From positions 11,656,001 through 11,720,000 of the forward strand of contig OX597838.1 of NCBI GenBank assembly GCA_951406725.2: DNA of 64,000 bases, written 5' to 3'. The position numbers and the translations under genes were made by a program. The notes under the pieces were generated by a model. That model made no database searches, had not been told where the DNA came from, and worked only from the letters and a program-made list of their open reading frames with translations. This stretch comes from Octopus vulgaris. Its lineage: Eukaryota. Positions within the stretch are counted from its first letter, which is position 1, and each line of letters opens with the position of its first letter. Shown piece after piece: positions 62,701 through 64,000 of the stretch.

Positions 62701-62789
62701 CTGAGTGTTAATAGTCAAGTAATTAATATTGTATGTGCCAACCGAAGACGTAAATTCTGGCTGACCACAGGGGATGAAGAAGTATCCAG
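62701..62789 (+). CDS. PLEKHM2: PLEKHM2 exon 10 (LSVNSQVINIVCANRRRKFWLTTGDEEVS); gene continues beyond the window
   Basis: ttacAG / GTAAGG. VC.NRR..F.L.T.D motif as in SKIP. Confidence 0.9.
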
Positions 62790-62832
62790 GTAAGGTTTGA
62801 TGTGTTTAACAATATTACTAAAAATTGATGGC

Positions 62833-63244
62833 CTTACTCTCTCTTTACCCTTTTACTTGTTTCAGTCATTTGACTGCGGCCATGCTGGAGCACCGCCTTT
62901 AGTCGACCAAATCGACCCCGAGACTTATTCTTTGTAAGCCCAGTACTTATTCTATCGGTCTCTTTTGCCGAACCGCTTAGTGACGGGGACGTAAACACAC
63001 CAGCATCGGTTGTCAAGCAATGCTAGGGGGACAAACACAGACACACAAACACACACATACGTATATATATATACATATATACGACAGGCTTCTTTCAGTT
63101 TCCGTCTACCAAATCCACTCACAAGGCATTGGTCGGCCCGGGGCTATAGCAGAAGACACTTGCCCAAGATGCCATGCAGTGGGACTGAACCCGGAACCAT
63201 GTGGTTGGTTAGCAAGCTACTTACCACACAGCCACTCCTGCGCC
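62833..63244 (-). mobile_element. SINE family A
   Basis: Full-length copy. Confidence 0.9.
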
Positions 63245-63752
63245 TTGTGCCAAAATTTGAAACAATCATTATTATTATTATTGAGTGAGAGAGCAGTGCA
63301 TGCCATCAAAGTGACACTGGGGTACAAATATACAAAGCCCAGTATACCCATCATGACTACCCATCTGATAAGGGTACACTAGGCACATATTATTAAGGTG
63401 GCAAGCTGGCACAATCGTTAGCATGCTGGGCAATTTGCTTAGTTCTGAGCTCAAATTCTGCCAAGGTCGACTTTGCCTTTCATCCTTTGAGGGTCGATAA
63501 ATTAATTCCCAGTGAAATACTGGGATCGATGTCCCCTCCTCCAAAATTTTAGGCCTTGTGTCTATAGTAGAAAGGATTATTATTATTATTAAGGCAGCAA
63601 GCTGGCAGAATGGTTAGGTTACCAGATAAAATGCTTATTGGCATTTTGTCTGTCTTTATGTTCTGAGTTCAAATTCTGTTGAGGTTGATTATGCCTTTCA
63701 TCCTTTCAGAGTCGATGAAATCATACTGAAGTCGATGTAATTGATTAGCTCC

Positions 63753-64000
63753 CTGATGTTTTCTTCAAAACCATGTATGGTCCCATGACTTCTTTATACT
63801 CTTAGCTCCCTAATGTTTCTGATGTTTTCTTCAAAACCATGTATGGTCCCATGACTTCTTTATACTCTTAGCTCCCTAATGTTTCTGATGTTTTCTTCAA
63901 AACCATGTATGGTCCCATGACTTCTTTATACTCTTAGCTCCCTAATGTTTCTGATGTTTTCTTCAGAACCATGTATGGTCCCATGACTTCTTTATACTCT
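63753..64000 (+). repeat. 66-bp minisatellite, at least 3.7 copies, runs off the window
   Basis: Units start at 63753, 63819, 63885 and 63951. Confidence 0.95.

Overview
Eukaryotic, AT-rich, microsatellite- and retroposon-dense DNA. The repeat content suggests an octopus or other coleoid cephalopod (inference). One protein-coding gene is present: a PLEKHM2/SKIP orthologue on the + strand. I traced 10 coding exons with GT-AG boundaries and consistent phases from 14388 to 62789, including a ~30.5 kb first intron; the gene continues past the window end. The rest is transposable-element debris: three tRNA-derived SINE families, RTE-clade LINEs (one with a C4HC3 PHD finger inside its RT), CR1, Tc1 and mariner fragments, two non-autonomous Helitrons, a Merlin-like MITE, TTAA MITEs and a Penelope-like GIY-YIG fragment. 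The most unusual signal is a set of short fold-back or pLTR-like elements in (TA)n tracts that carry minimal type-I hammerhead ribozyme motifs with palindromic stem III. The cores are intact at 6928-6971 and 8538-8572 and degenerate elsewhere. Most long ORFs in the supplied track are microsatellite or repeat artefacts. All assignments were made by eye without database searches, and repeat boundaries are approximate.
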